The notes under the pieces are model-generated. The model had not been told where the DNA came from, searched no databases, and was given only the letters and a program-made list of their open reading frames with translations. From NCBI GenBank assembly GCA_039649175.1, contig JBBWZS010000020.1, forward strand, positions 1,450-65,449: a stretch of 64,000 nt of DNA, in the 5' to 3' direction. This document shows, piece after piece, positions 1-9,573 of the stretch (position 1 is the first letter of the stretch; each line of letters begins with the position of its first letter). Made by a program: the position numbers and the translations under genes. This stretch comes from Acidimicrobiaceae bacterium. GTDB taxonomy: Bacteria > Actinomycetota > Acidimicrobiia > Acidimicrobiales > AC-14.

Positions 1-672
1 CCGGCAGTGGTCGTCGACATGGAGCCACTCCCGCCGGTTCTTGGTGGAGGCGTACATCGGGAGGGGCTGGTCGTCGAGGGCCTTGACGGTGAAGAGGGGG
101 ATCACCTTCTCGGGGAACTGGTAGGGCCCGTAGTTGTTGCAGCAGTTGGTGATGGTGACGGGCAGCTCGAAGCTCTCGTGGTACGCCCGCACGGCGTGGT
201 CGGCACCCGCCTTGGAGGCGTTGTAGGGCGTGCGGGGGCGGTAGGGCGAGTCCTCGGTGAAGGCGTCGTCGGTGTCGAGATCGAGGTCGCCGTAGACCTC
301 GCACGTCGAGATGTGGTGGAAGCGGCCGATACCGGCCCGGCGGGCGCCCTCGAGCAATGTCTGCGTGCCGACCACGTTGGTGCGGAAGAACAGCCCGGGG
401 TCGAGGACGGCCAGGCTGTTGTGTGACTCGGCGGCGAAGTTGACCACCGTGTCGATCGCCTCGTCGGCCAGCACCGCGGTGACCGCGGCCAGGTCGCCGA
501 TGTCGCCCTCGACCAGACGCACGCTCGACCCCAGGTCGGCGAGGTTGTCCCGGTTGCCGGCGTAGGTGAGGGCGTCGTAGGCGACCACCACGTCGTCGGG
601 GCGCGTCGAGGACCAGTACCTGACGAAGTTGGAGCCGATGAAGCCGGCCCCCCCGGTCACGAGCAGTCTCAC
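1..672 (-). CDS. rmlB: dTDP-glucose 4,6-dehydratase (N-terminal about 224 aa; 3' end runs off the window)
   Basis: Hand translation of the reverse strand from GTG at 672: MRLLVTGGAGFIGSNFV... (Rossmann GxxGxxG), ...PYNASKAGADH (YxxxK), ...CCNNYGPYQFPEKVIP. Absent from the ORF track because it is open at the window edge. Confidence 0.85.
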   Translation of the reverse strand, partial: MRLLVTGGAGFIGSNFVRYWSSTRPDDVVVAYDALTYAGNRDNLADLGSSVRLVEGDIGDLAAVTAVLADEAIDTVVNFAAESHNSLAVLDPGLFFRTNVVGTQTLLEGARRAGIGRFHHISTCEVYGDLDLDTDDAFTEDSPYRPRTPYNASKAGADHAVRAYHESFELPVTITNCCNNYGPYQFPEKVIPLFTVKALDDQPLPMYASTKNRREWLHVDDHCR

Positions 673-711
673 CGGCCCCACGCTACCGGCTGGACCGCTC
701 CCGCCTGACCC

Positions 712-2175
712 TCAGCAGGACGGCTGGCTGGGGGCGCCCTTGGGTTGGGGGACACCCGACGGCGCGGTGGTGGCGGTGGTGGCGGGCGCGGCAGCGGTGT
801 CACCGGGAGCGGCGGGCGCGGGCTGGGCGCGGACGCCGCTGTAATCGGCGCCCACGGCCAGGGTCAGGTCGACGGTTCGCAGCGTCTTGTCCTCGGTGAC
901 GGTGGCGCCGGCCTGCAGGTAGCGGGCCAGCAGGTCGGCCTTGGCCTTCTGTCCTGTGGCGTAGCGGATCGTGGTGTGGGCGTACTTGAAGTTGTCGGCA
1001 TCGCCCTGGTCGGCCACGTTGAAGCCGGGCCCCCCCAGATCGGCGCCGGCCTTGGCCGCCGCCCCCTCGGAGCCGTTGCCGTTGAGCACCCGGACCCGCA
1101 CATCGCTGGGCCGGACGTCGCCGGCGCCGGTGGCGGGCGCGTTCAGGCCGTTGAGCCGGTCGATGTAGGTCTTGGCCTCGGCCTGGTTCAGGCGGAGCAC
1201 ATCGGCCCCGCCGATGGTGACGGGCGTTGTCGGCAGGGTGAGCATGTCGACGGTGTCGGGGTTCAACGACTTGAACCGCCGGGCCACGCGGACCAGGTCG
1301 CTGGTCGACATGGACGAGTCGATGGTGACGTCTTTGACCCCGATGCCGATCAGGCGGTTGAGGGTGAGGGGGTTGGTGAGCCCCGACGACACCGCCTTGC
1401 GCATCATGCGCCGGATGAAGTCCTGCTGGCGCTGGATGCGCCCCAGGTCGGAGGAGGGGTCGGTGCGCCACTTCCCCGACTCGAAGTACTCGTAGTGGCG
1501 GCTGCGCACCCACGACAGGCCGACGTCGCCGTCGAAGCGGATGCAGCCCGGGTTCTTGATGTCGAGACCGCTCATCGTGTCGCGCGCCGGTGCGGGGACG
1601 TACACGCTCACGCCGCCGACGGTGTTCACGATGTCGCGGAAGCCGACGAAGTCGACCTCCATGTAGTGGTTGATCTGGATGCCGAGGTTGTCCTTGATCG
1701 TCTGGATCAGGGTCTGCGGGCCGCCCGACGCGAACGACGAGTTGATGCGGTCGGACTTGGTACCGCCGGCGATCCTCACGTACAGGTCGCGGGGGATCGA
1801 CAGCAGCGCCGCCTTCTGGGCCTTGGAGTCGACGTGCAGGACCATGATCGTGTCGCTGCGCTGGCCCGACACCTCGTCCTTGCCCGCCTGTTGGGCCAGG
1901 TCGCCGCTGAGGCGGTCGCGACTGTCGGAGCCGACGAGCAGCACGTTCATGACCGAGCCCTTGTCCTCGGCCAGGTCGGACAGGTTCAGCTTGTGGATCT
2001 GGTTGAGACGCCAGCGCAGGTACGCATAGGCGCCGCCCGCGGTCACGACCGCGACCGAGAGGAAGATGCACGTCCCGATGAGGAGCCTCCGTGGCCACCG
2101 GCGGGTCTTCGGCCACGTCGGCCCCGGTTGTGCGGGTGGGCGGGGCCTGGCCGCCACGGGGGGGAGGGCTGCCAC
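712..2175 (-). CDS. LytR-CpsA-Psr (LCP) family cell-envelope phosphotransferase with an N-terminal TM helix and a LytR_C-like tail
   Basis: Motifs VLLVGSDSRDR, RSDTIMVLHVD, LLSIPRDLYV. TM segment LLIGTCIFLSVAVVTAGGAY. The exact start is uncertain. Confidence 0.85.
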   Translation of the reverse strand: MAALPPVAARPRPPAQPGPTWPKTRRWPRRLLIGTCIFLSVAVVTAGGAYAYLRWRLNQIHKLNLSDLAEDKGSVMNVLLVGSDSRDRLSGDLAQQAGKDEVSGQRSDTIMVLHVDSKAQKAALLSIPRDLYVRIAGGTKSDRINSSFASGGPQTLIQTIKDNLGIQINHYMEVDFVGFRDIVNTVGGVSVYVPAPARDTMSGLDIKNPGCIRFDGDVGLSWVRSRHYEYFESGKWRTDPSSDLGRIQRQQDFIRRMMRKAVSSGLTNPLTLNRLIGIGVKDVTIDSSMSTSDLVRVARRFKSLNPDTVDMLTLPTTPVTIGGADVLRLNQAEAKTYIDRLNGLNAPATGAGDVRPSDVRVRVLNGNGSEGAAAKAGADLGGPGFNVADQGDADNFKYAHTTIRYATGQKAKADLLARYLQAGATVTEDKTLRTVDLTLAVGADYSGVRAQPAPAAPGDTAAAPATTATTAPSGVPQPKGAPSQPSC

Positions 2176-2239
2176 GAGATGAGGCTATCCGCACCCGGGA
2201 AGGGGCACTGGGCACCTCGGCCACCCGTAGGCTGGGGCG

Positions 2240-3265
2240 ATGACCGCGCCCGCCGACTACGCCGTCGTCGGCGGGCGTCTGTTCAGCGGGCTCGACCACC
2301 TGTCGTGCGACCTCGGGGTCCTCGACGCACCGGCTCCCGGCGGGTGGGTGGTGGTGGTGCCCTTCGACGGCCCACCGGTGTGTGCACATTTCACCACCGT
2401 CGGGCCCGCCCGCCCGGCGCCTGTCACACCGTCCTGGCAGGGACCGGACCGGGAGTCGTGGACGTCGAGCCTCGACCGACACGCCTACGCCAAGCGGGTG
2501 ACCGTCATCCGCGACGCCATCGCCGCCGGTGACGTCTACCAGGTCAACTTGTGCCGGCGCCTCTCGGCCCCGCTCCCACCGGGAGCCGATCTGGCTGGCC
2601 TCGGGGCCCTCCTGGCCGCCCGCAACCCGGCGCCTCACGCCGCCCTGGTCTGGCTGCCCGCCGCCGGCGTGGCCGTGGCCTCGGCCTCGCCGGAGGCGTT
2701 CCTCCGCCGCCGGGGCCGGGCGGTGGAGTCCAGGCCCATCAAGGGCACGGCGGCTCCGGGGGGTGCCTTCGCCGCCAAGGACCGGGCCGAGAACGTCATG
2801 ATCGTGGACCTGGTGCGCAACGACCTGGGCCGGGTGTGCGAGCCCGGGACGGTGACGGTGCCCGCGCTGTGCCGCCCCGAGGCGCACCCCGGACTGGACC
2901 ACCTGGTCAGCACCGTCCATGGCCGGCTGCGCCCCGGGGTGGGCTGGGCGGAGCTGCTGGGGGCCACCTTCCCGCCGGGATCGGTCACCGGTGCGCCCAA
3001 GGGCGCCGCTCTCGAGATGATCGCCGGGCTCGAGCCCGTCGCCAGGGGCGTCTACTGCGGCTCGGTCGGTTGGGTCGACAGCGCCCGGGGCCACGGCGAT
3101 CTCAATGTGGCCATCCGGACCTTCTGGCTCGACGACGGCGCCATCCACTTCGGCACCGGTGCGGCGGTGACCTGGGACTCGACGCCCGAGGGAGAGTGGG
3201 CCGAGACCGAGCTGAAGGCGGCCACGTTGCTCGACATCGCCAGCACTCCGCCGGTGGCGGTGTGA
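2240..3265 (+). CDS. pabB: Chorismate-binding enzyme, aminodeoxychorismate synthase component I-like
   Basis: GDVYQVNLCRR, SPEAFLRRRG..SRPIKGT, ENVMIVDLVRNDLGRV, FPPGSVTGAPK, RGVYCGSVGW. Short form (341 aa). Confidence 0.8.
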   Translation: MTAPADYAVVGGRLFSGLDHLSCDLGVLDAPAPGGWVVVVPFDGPPVCAHFTTVGPARPAPVTPSWQGPDRESWTSSLDRHAYAKRVTVIRDAIAAGDVYQVNLCRRLSAPLPPGADLAGLGALLAARNPAPHAALVWLPAAGVAVASASPEAFLRRRGRAVESRPIKGTAAPGGAFAAKDRAENVMIVDLVRNDLGRVCEPGTVTVPALCRPEAHPGLDHLVSTVHGRLRPGVGWAELLGATFPPGSVTGAPKGAALEMIAGLEPVARGVYCGSVGWVDSARGHGDLNVAIRTFWLDDGAIHFGTGAAVTWDSTPEGEWAETELKAATLLDIASTPPVAV

Positions 3266-4086
3266 GCTCGGTCTGGGTCGACGGGGAGGTGCTCCCGGCG
3301 GACCAGGCCCGGGTGTCGCCCCTCGACCACGGGCTGCTCACCGGCGACGGCGTCTTCGAGAGCCTGCGGGTCTACGAAGGGGTGCCCTTCGCCGTCCGCC
3401 GCCACCTCGAACGCCTGGCCCGATCGGCCGCCGGCATCGGCCTGCCGGTGCCCGAACCAGCGGAGCTGCGGGCCGCCATGGACGCCGTCGTGGCCGCCAA
3501 CGAGCTCGACAACGGCCGCATGCGCATCACCGTGACCGGCGGGGTGGGTCCACTGTCATCCGACCGGGCCGAGGTGCGGCCCACCGTGATCGTGGCCGGC
3601 GGCGACCTCGTCGACTGGCCCGCCACCGCCGACGTGGTGGTGGCGCCGTGGCCCCGCAACGAGCGCGGCGCCCTGGCCGGGATCAAGTCGGTGTCCTACG
3701 GCGAGAACGTGGTCGCGCTCGCTTACGCGCGCGAACGGGGCGCGGGCGAGGCGCTGTTCGCCAACCTGGCCGGCAACCTGTGCGAGGGCACCGGCACCAA
3801 CGTGTTCGTGGCCGTGGGCGGGCGCCTTCTGACTCCCCCGTTGTCGTCGGGGTGCCTGGCCGGGGTGACCCGTGAGCTGCTGGGCGAGTTGGTCGACGTG
3901 GTCGACGAAGACGTGGCCATGGCCGCACTGGCCGATGCCGAGGAGGCATTCTTGACCTCCAGCACCAGGGAGGTGCAACCCATCCGCGCCATCGACGACC
4001 GCGACCTGCCGTCCGCCCCCGGCCCGCTCACCCTCGATGCCGCCGCCGCCTTTGCCGAGCTGGTGGCCGCCAACCCCGACCCCTGA
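3262..4086 (+). CDS. pabC: Class IV aminotransferase / aminodeoxychorismate lyase-like
   Basis: GTG at 3262 overlaps the pabB stop (GTGA). WVDGEVLPADQARVSPLDHGLLTGDGVFESLRVY, ERLARSA. It lies in frame inside track ORF 2551..4086, whose N-terminal part is shadow. Confidence 0.8.
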   Translation: MSSVWVDGEVLPADQARVSPLDHGLLTGDGVFESLRVYEGVPFAVRRHLERLARSAAGIGLPVPEPAELRAAMDAVVAANELDNGRMRITVTGGVGPLSSDRAEVRPTVIVAGGDLVDWPATADVVVAPWPRNERGALAGIKSVSYGENVVALAYARERGAGEALFANLAGNLCEGTGTNVFVAVGGRLLTPPLSSGCLAGVTRELLGELVDVVDEDVAMAALADAEEAFLTSSTREVQPIRAIDDRDLPSAPGPLTLDAAAAFAELVAANPDP

Positions 4087-4089
4087 TGT

Positions 4090-4551
4090 TCAGGCGGGCG
4101 CCGGTGCGCCCTTGGATGCCCAGAAGTCGTTGAGGGCGGCCTGGCACTTGACGTACCACGGGATGCCGAAGGCCAGGATCCACAGCGCCGTGGCCGGGCC
4201 CACCGGGCTCTGCTGGCCGTCGCGCTCGTACATGTTCTTGATCTCGATAGGCAACAGGAACAGGTTCACGATGCTGACGAAGGCCTGGAGGACGGCCCCC
4301 ACCGCGCCCCCGATGCCCTCGCCCGTGTGGCGCTTGATGTCCTCGAAGCTGTAGTACGCCCAGTAGATCCCGTAGAGCCCGAGCGTGACGATGGACAGCA
4401 GGATCTGCTTGCCGATGCTCCGTCGGGGCCCGACCGGCCCCGCCGGCGCCCCGTAGTTTCCGACCGGGTACGGAGGTGGCTGCCCCGGGGGCATCTGCCC
4501 GGGAGGAGGCGGCGGAGGCGGCGCGGGCGGCGGGGGCGGCAACGTGGTCAT
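4090..4551 (-). CDS. Proline-rich membrane protein, DUF4234-like
   Basis: LGLYGIYWAYYSFEDIKRHTG motif, two or three TM segments, poly-Pro N-terminus. ATG at 4551 is preferred over the TTG at 4587 used in the track. Confidence 0.6.
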   Translation of the reverse strand: MTTLPPPPPAPPPPPPPGQMPPGQPPPYPVGNYGAPAGPVGPRRSIGKQILLSIVTLGLYGIYWAYYSFEDIKRHTGEGIGGAVGAVLQAFVSIVNLFLLPIEIKNMYERDGQQSPVGPATALWILAFGIPWYVKCQAALNDFWASKGAPAPA

Positions 4552-4593
4552 ACCCGGGAGTGTGGCCGATGACCGGCTCGCCGACAAGGGGCA

Positions 4594-5430
4594 TCACGAC
4601 GGGCGCAGGTGCACCACGTCGCCGGCCAGGACCCGCGTCGTGCCCGCGCCTCCCGCTGAGGTGATCAGCAGGCTTCCGTCGTCGTCCACCGCCGTGGCCA
4701 CGCCGGCACAGACCTGGCCGCCCGGGAGGGTTACCCGTACCGCCTGCCCCAGGGTGACGCAGCGCCGCCGGTAGTCGTCCATCAAGGCCCGGTGGGCCAC
4801 GGCCGCTCCTTCGCCCTCGCCGTCGCCGACCAGCCCCCGCCAGCGCTGGTCCAGCCGGTGGAGGTAGGCGTCGAGCAGCCGGTCGCGGTCGACGGGTCGG
4901 GCGGCGACGGCCTCGGCGGTGACGGCGACTGGTTGCAGGTGCGCGGGCAGCGGGCCGGGCCAGCACACGTTGAAGCCGAGGCCGACCACGACGGCGGGGC
5001 TCCCGTCGGGCGCCTCGGCCAGCACCCCGGCCAGCTTGCGCTCGTCGGGAGCCCGCTCGCCGGAGCTCCGCTCGGGCCCGACCACGAGGTCGTTGGGCCA
5101 CTTCAGGCCGGGGGTGAACCCGGCCACGTCACCACACGCGTCGGCCGCCGCCAGCGCGCAGGCGAAGGTCGCCAGCGACGACAGGCGCGGGTCGGGCGGG
5201 CGCAGCACCACCGAGACGAGCAGCGACGAGCCGGGAGGGGCTTCCCAGGTGCGGCCTCGCCGGCCCCTGCCCGCCGTCTGGTGGTCGGCCACCACCACCA
5301 CGCCCTCGGGGGCCCCGGAGCGAACCAAATCGGCGGCGACACGGTTGGTGGAGTCCACGTCGTGGTAGCGGCGGACGTCGGTGAACCGGGTGGCAGACCG
5401 GTTGGCGTCGGCCGGCGGCACGCCTGCCAC
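4594..5430 (-). CDS. birA: Biotin-[acetyl-CoA-carboxylase] ligase
   Basis: VDSTNR, ADHQTAGRGRRGRTW, KWPNDLVV, KLAGVLAE. Start set at GTG 5430, because the upstream part of track ORF 4594..6144 is antisense to the carboxylase gene. Confidence 0.8.
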   Translation of the reverse strand: MAGVPPADANRSATRFTDVRRYHDVDSTNRVAADLVRSGAPEGVVVVADHQTAGRGRRGRTWEAPPGSSLLVSVVLRPPDPRLSSLATFACALAAADACGDVAGFTPGLKWPNDLVVGPERSSGERAPDERKLAGVLAEAPDGSPAVVVGLGFNVCWPGPLPAHLQPVAVTAEAVAARPVDRDRLLDAYLHRLDQRWRGLVGDGEGEGAAVAHRALMDDYRRRCVTLGQAVRVTLPGGQVCAGVATAVDDDGSLLITSAGGAGTTRVLAGDVVHLRPS

Positions 5431-5439
5431 GATAGGACC

Positions 5440-7197
5440 GTGTTCTCCAAGGTGCTGGTGGCCAATCGTGGTGAGATCGCCGTCCGGGTGATGCGCACGT
5501 GCCGGGAGCTGGGCGTGGCCAGCGTCGCCGTCTACTCCGACCTCGACCGCCACGCCATGCATGTCCGCATGGCCGACGAGGCGTGGTCCCTCGGCGGCAG
5601 GACGGCGACGGAGAGCTACCTCAACACCGAGGCGATCCTCGACGTGGCCCGGCGCAGTGGCGCCGACGCCCTGCACCCCGGCTACGGCTTCTTCTCCGAG
5701 AACCCCGACTTCACGCGGGCCGTCACCGAGCTCGGCGTGACCTTCGTGGGCCCGCCCGCCGGGGCCATGGACCTGATGGGCGACAAGATCTCGTCCCGCC
5801 AGGCGGCGGTGGCCGCCGGTGTGAAGGTGGTTCCGGGCACCACGTCCCCGACGGAGTCGGCCGACGAGGTGGTGGAGTTCGGCCGCGAGTACGGCTGGCC
5901 GGTGGCCGTCAAGGCCGCCTTCGGCGGCGGTGGCCGGGGGATGCGGGTGGTGGCCGACGCCGCCAGCGCACCGTCGGCCCTCGACGCCGCCCGGCGCGAG
6001 GCCCACGCCTACTTCGGGCGGTCCGAGGTCTACCTCGAGCGCTACCTCACCTGGCCGCGCCACGTGGAGATGCAGGTCTTCGCCGACACCCATGGTCACG
6101 CCGTGTGGATGGGCGAGCGCGACTGCTCCTGCCAGCGTCGCCACCAGAAGCTGGTGGAGGAGAGCCCCTCACCGGGCATGCCCGAGAGCGACAGGCAACT
6201 GCTGGGTGAGGCGGCGGTGGCGGTGGTCCGGGCCTGCGGGTACGTCAACGCCGGCACCGTCGAGTTCCTCTACCAGGACGGCGAGTCCTACTTCCTGGAG
6301 ATGAACACCCGCCTCCAGGTCGAGCACACGGTGACGGAGATGGTGTGTGGCGTCGACATGGTCGCCGAGCAGCTCCGGGTGGCCGACGGCGAGGCTCTCT
6401 CGTTCACCCAGGACTCCCTCCGGCGGCGGGGCCACGCCATCGAGTGCCGCCTCAACGCCGAAGACCCCGCCGGCGGCCGCTTCCTGCCGTCGCCCGGTTC
6501 CATCCACCGCATCTCGCTCCCCGGGGGCTACGGGGTGCGGGTCGACGCCGGCTACGCGGCGGGCGACACCGTCAGCCAGCACTACGACAACCTGGTGGCC
6601 AAGATCGTGGCCTGGGGAGCCGACCGCGACGAAGCTCGGCGCCGCCTCATCCGCGCCATGCGCGAGACGGTGGTCGAGGGCGTGGCCACCAACATCGACG
6701 CCCATCTGGCCATCCTCGAGCATCCCGACTTCGCCACCGGCACGCACTCGACCCGGTGGGTCGACGAGAAGCTCGACCTGTCGGCCGTGACGTCGTCGGC
6801 CTCGGGCACACCCGGCGGCGACGGTGGGACGGGCCTGGCGGCGAGCCGCGATGTCGATGTCGAGGTCGAGGGCCGCCGTTTCAAGGTCCGGGTGTGGGCG
6901 CCCCCCGGGGGGGCGGGGCTGGGGTCGGCGGCCCCCTCGGCCCGGGCCCGCCGTCGCGGGCCGGCACAGGGAACAGGCGCCGCCCCGGGACGGGTGACGG
7001 CCCCGATGCAGGGCACCATCGTCGAGGTACTGGTGGCGGTGGGCGACGCCGTCGAAGCCGGCCAGCCCGTCTGCGTGCTCGAGGCCATGAAGATGGAGAA
7101 CCTGGTCAACGCCGACCGGGCGGGCACCGTGGCCGAGGTCCGGGTGAGCCCGGGCGACACCGTGGGCGCCGGCGACGTGCTGCTCGTCGTCGGATGA
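5440..7197 (+). CDS. accA: Acetyl/propionyl-CoA carboxylase alpha subunit (biotin carboxylase + BCCP domain)
   Basis: GTG 5440: VFSKVLVANRGEIAVRVMRTCRELG. ATP-grasp core. C-terminal biotinylation motif EAMKMEN. Confidence 0.9.
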   Translation: MFSKVLVANRGEIAVRVMRTCRELGVASVAVYSDLDRHAMHVRMADEAWSLGGRTATESYLNTEAILDVARRSGADALHPGYGFFSENPDFTRAVTELGVTFVGPPAGAMDLMGDKISSRQAAVAAGVKVVPGTTSPTESADEVVEFGREYGWPVAVKAAFGGGGRGMRVVADAASAPSALDAARREAHAYFGRSEVYLERYLTWPRHVEMQVFADTHGHAVWMGERDCSCQRRHQKLVEESPSPGMPESDRQLLGEAAVAVVRACGYVNAGTVEFLYQDGESYFLEMNTRLQVEHTVTEMVCGVDMVAEQLRVADGEALSFTQDSLRRRGHAIECRLNAEDPAGGRFLPSPGSIHRISLPGGYGVRVDAGYAAGDTVSQHYDNLVAKIVAWGADRDEARRRLIRAMRETVVEGVATNIDAHLAILEHPDFATGTHSTRWVDEKLDLSAVTSSASGTPGGDGGTGLAASRDVDVEVEGRRFKVRVWAPPGGAGLGSAAPSARARRRGPAQGTGAAPGRVTAPMQGTIVEVLVAVGDAVEAGQPVCVLEAMKMENLVNADRAGTVAEVRVSPGDTVGAGDVLLVVG

Positions 7198-7512
7198 CGA
7201 GAGTGGCTCGACCGGCTCCAGTCGTTCAGCCGCCGGGCCGCTCAGGTGCGGGCTGCTCAGGCGCCGGGTCGTCGGGCGGCGCGCCAGCGGGCGGCGCCGG
7301 CTCCTGACCGTCGGGAGCTCGCCGGCCCCGATGGCCGAACAACCTCCCGATGGCGCCCATCAAGCGGGCGAAGGGGTCCGGAAAGATCCCCGGTTCGCCT
7401 TCGACGATCCCGTGCCTCACGGAGGCGATGCTAGGTCGAGCGGGCATCCGCGCCGCCGGAGGCCCTCTTTGGCAGACTTCTGGTCCGGGTACCCTCGAAT
7501 AGGAGCCAAACA

Positions 7513-7989
7513 GTGAATCGACGCGAGCTCGTTCAGGCGACCGCCGCACACGGCGATCTCGATGCGAAGATGGTCGACAGGGCCATCAAGGCCATGACCG
7601 AGGTGATCACCTCGGTGAACGCCAAGGGTGAGCCGGTCGCCATCTCGGGATTCGCCAAGTTCGCCCGGGTCGACCGCGCCGCCCGCATGGCCCGCAACCC
7701 GGCCACCGGCGCCCCCGTGAAGGTCAAGGCGTCGAAGAAGGCCAAGATCACCGCCCTCAAGGGCTACAAGGACGGCGTGATGTCGATCTCGGCCGCCCCC
7801 AAGCTGGCCAAGGGCGTGTGGCCGCCGGCCCCGCCGGCCAAGAAGGCGGCCTCCACGGCCAAGGCGGCACCCGCCAAGAAGTCGGCGTCCACGGCCAAGG
7901 CGGCCCCGGCCAAGAAGGCGGCCTCCGCGCCGGCCAAGAAGACGGCGGCAGCCAAGACCTCGCGCTCCTCCACCGCCCGCAAGCGGTAA
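7513..7989 (+). CDS. hupB: HU-type nucleoid protein with a Lys/Ala-rich (PAKKA-type) C-terminal tail
   Basis: N-terminal HU fold (ELVQATAAHGDLDAKMVDRAIKAMTEVI...FAKFARVDRAARMARNPATGAPVKV), followed by AKKAASTAKAAPAKK repeats as in mycobacterial HupB/MDP1. Confidence 0.9.
   Translation: MNRRELVQATAAHGDLDAKMVDRAIKAMTEVITSVNAKGEPVAISGFAKFARVDRAARMARNPATGAPVKVKASKKAKITALKGYKDGVMSISAAPKLAKGVWPPAPPAKKAASTAKAAPAKKSASTAKAAPAKKAASAPAKKTAAAKTSRSSTARKR
7800..7985. repeat. Imperfect in-frame tandem repeats encoding the AKKA/STAKAAPAKK tail of HupB
   Basis: Repeated gccaagaaggcggcctcc... / acggccaaggcggc... units are visible in the sequence. Confidence 0.7.
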
Positions 7990-8064
7990 CCACGCCGCTC
8001 TCTCGGGTTCCGGCATCTGGTTGCCGGTCAGCCCGGCCGCGTCGTCAGGAGAAACCGTGTGTCG

Positions 8065-9450
8065 TCAGGAGAAGCAGTAGGAGTCGGATGATGCGTCGCC
8101 GCCCTGGAGTCGCACCTGGTGGACCCGCAGGCCGCGGAAGTCGGTGACGAAGAAGTCGGGGTCGAAGGCGATCCCGCCCGCCGGATCGACGTCGAGCTTG
8201 ACCATCCAGGCCCCCACACCCTCGGGGTAGAACTGGTCGTCCCAGGCCCCGTAGAGGGAGTTGGTGAAATAGACCCGGCGCCCGTCGCGGCTCACCTCGA
8301 CCATCTGGGGCCCGCCCCGTAGCCGCTCGGGCGAGGACGGGTGCGGGGCGCCGTCGACGATGCCGCCGATGCGGACCGAGCCGGTGAGCACCGGGGCGAG
8401 GGGGTCGCTCACGTCGTATTGACGCAGCTCGCCCGTCCCCCAGCACGACACGTACAGGAACCTGTCGTCGACCGACAGGTCGATGTCGGTGACCAACGGG
8501 GGCACGGCGCCGAAGCCCTGCAGCAGCGGCGGCAGCACACTGGCATCGGCGGGTTCGGCCGGGATGTCGATGACCTTGGTGATCTGCCACTCGCCCGCGT
8601 CGATGTGCCACACCCAGATCGACGCCGACAGGTCCTCGACGCTGACGACCACTCCGAGGAAGCCGTAGGCCTTGTCGGGATGGTGGGCGGGCCGCAGCTC
8701 CAGGGCCATCTGGTACTGGTCGCCCAGGTCGAGGGTCTGGAGGTGGGTGCGCCCGGCCAGGTCCCAGATGTGGATGGCGTGGCCGTACTTGCGACCGAGG
8801 AGCAGCTCGGGGACGATCCCGTCCTCGATCATCGACGGCGTCCCCCACTCGCTGGTCACCATCACGCCCCGGTTGAGGTGCCACCAGAAGTCGTAGGCCA
8901 GGTACTGCGGACCCCGGTCGAGCTCCCAGCGCTCGAGCACGTCGAAGGTGGCGTGGTCGAGCAGGGCGATGCCGCCCGGGCCCTCCTCGCCCGCCCCGCC
9001 GAGAGCCGACAGGAACAGACCGTCGGGCCCGCAGTGCAGGGTGTGGGGCCGGGAGTACCCGGCCTTGGACGCGAGCTCGGCGGCGTCGATCACCCGGTCG
9101 AGGTGGGGCTGACGGGGGTCGGGCCGGGTGTCGACGACGTTGATGCGCGAGGACCGGATGCCGGGGACGAGCAACCAGCGCCGCTCCATGTGGTCGGGGT
9201 CGTGGCCGGTGTGGCACAGGGCCGAGCTGCAGGCGTTCCACCCGAAGTGATGCAGCTCGTCCCCCGCCTCGGGCATGTCCAGCCATCCCACCACGGTGGC
9301 GAACCCGGCCGACGACTTGTCGACGTCGACGACGGCCAGAGCGTCGGGTCGGCTGCCCTCGCCGCGGTGAAAGGCGGCCACGTAGGCCAGCTCCTCGGCG
9401 GGGGCGGCGGCGGCATCTTCGGGAGTCCGGTAGAACGTCGGATCGACCAT
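8065..9450 (-). CDS. Selenium-binding protein 56 (SBP56) family protein / methanethiol-oxidase homologue, cytoplasmic form
   Basis: MVDPTFYRTPEDAAAAPAEELAYVAAF, HHFGWNACSSALCH, RRWLLVPGIRSSRINVVD. 461 aa with no signal peptide. Confidence 0.85.
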   Translation of the reverse strand: MVDPTFYRTPEDAAAAPAEELAYVAAFHRGEGSRPDALAVVDVDKSSAGFATVVGWLDMPEAGDELHHFGWNACSSALCHTGHDPDHMERRWLLVPGIRSSRINVVDTRPDPRQPHLDRVIDAAELASKAGYSRPHTLHCGPDGLFLSALGGAGEEGPGGIALLDHATFDVLERWELDRGPQYLAYDFWWHLNRGVMVTSEWGTPSMIEDGIVPELLLGRKYGHAIHIWDLAGRTHLQTLDLGDQYQMALELRPAHHPDKAYGFLGVVVSVEDLSASIWVWHIDAGEWQITKVIDIPAEPADASVLPPLLQGFGAVPPLVTDIDLSVDDRFLYVSCWGTGELRQYDVSDPLAPVLTGSVRIGGIVDGAPHPSSPERLRGGPQMVEVSRDGRRVYFTNSLYGAWDDQFYPEGVGAWMVKLDVDPAGGIAFDPDFFVTDFRGLRVHQVRLQGGDASSDSYCFS

Positions 9451-9573
9451 GAAGGCCTCCTGGGATGTGAGCTGGGGTGTTCTCTTTCGCGAGTTCTAAC
9501 ACCGCAGGTCCACCGGCGCTCGAGAGCGAAAAAGTGCCCACGTTTTGAGCAACGCCCGTGTATCCTCTTGATT

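Noticed and set aside
745-3148. Long ORFs 745..2532 (+) and 800..3148 (-), and similar giants (13796..16534-, 24921..27065-, 36927..39131-, 49449..51803+, 52895..55585-, 55660..58098-)
   Set aside because: They are Arg/Gly/Pro/His-rich low-complexity translations lying antisense or out of frame to genes with clear family motifs. These are typical shadow ORFs of stop-poor high-GC DNA.
7226-7447. Possible 73-aa minus-strand ORF (MPARPSIASVRHGIVEGEPGIF...) in the 315-bp gap upstream of hupB
   Set aside because: It has no convincing RBS, a low-complexity Pro/Ala C-terminal half and no recognisable motif, and it overlaps the expected hupB promoter. Not excluded, but unsupported.
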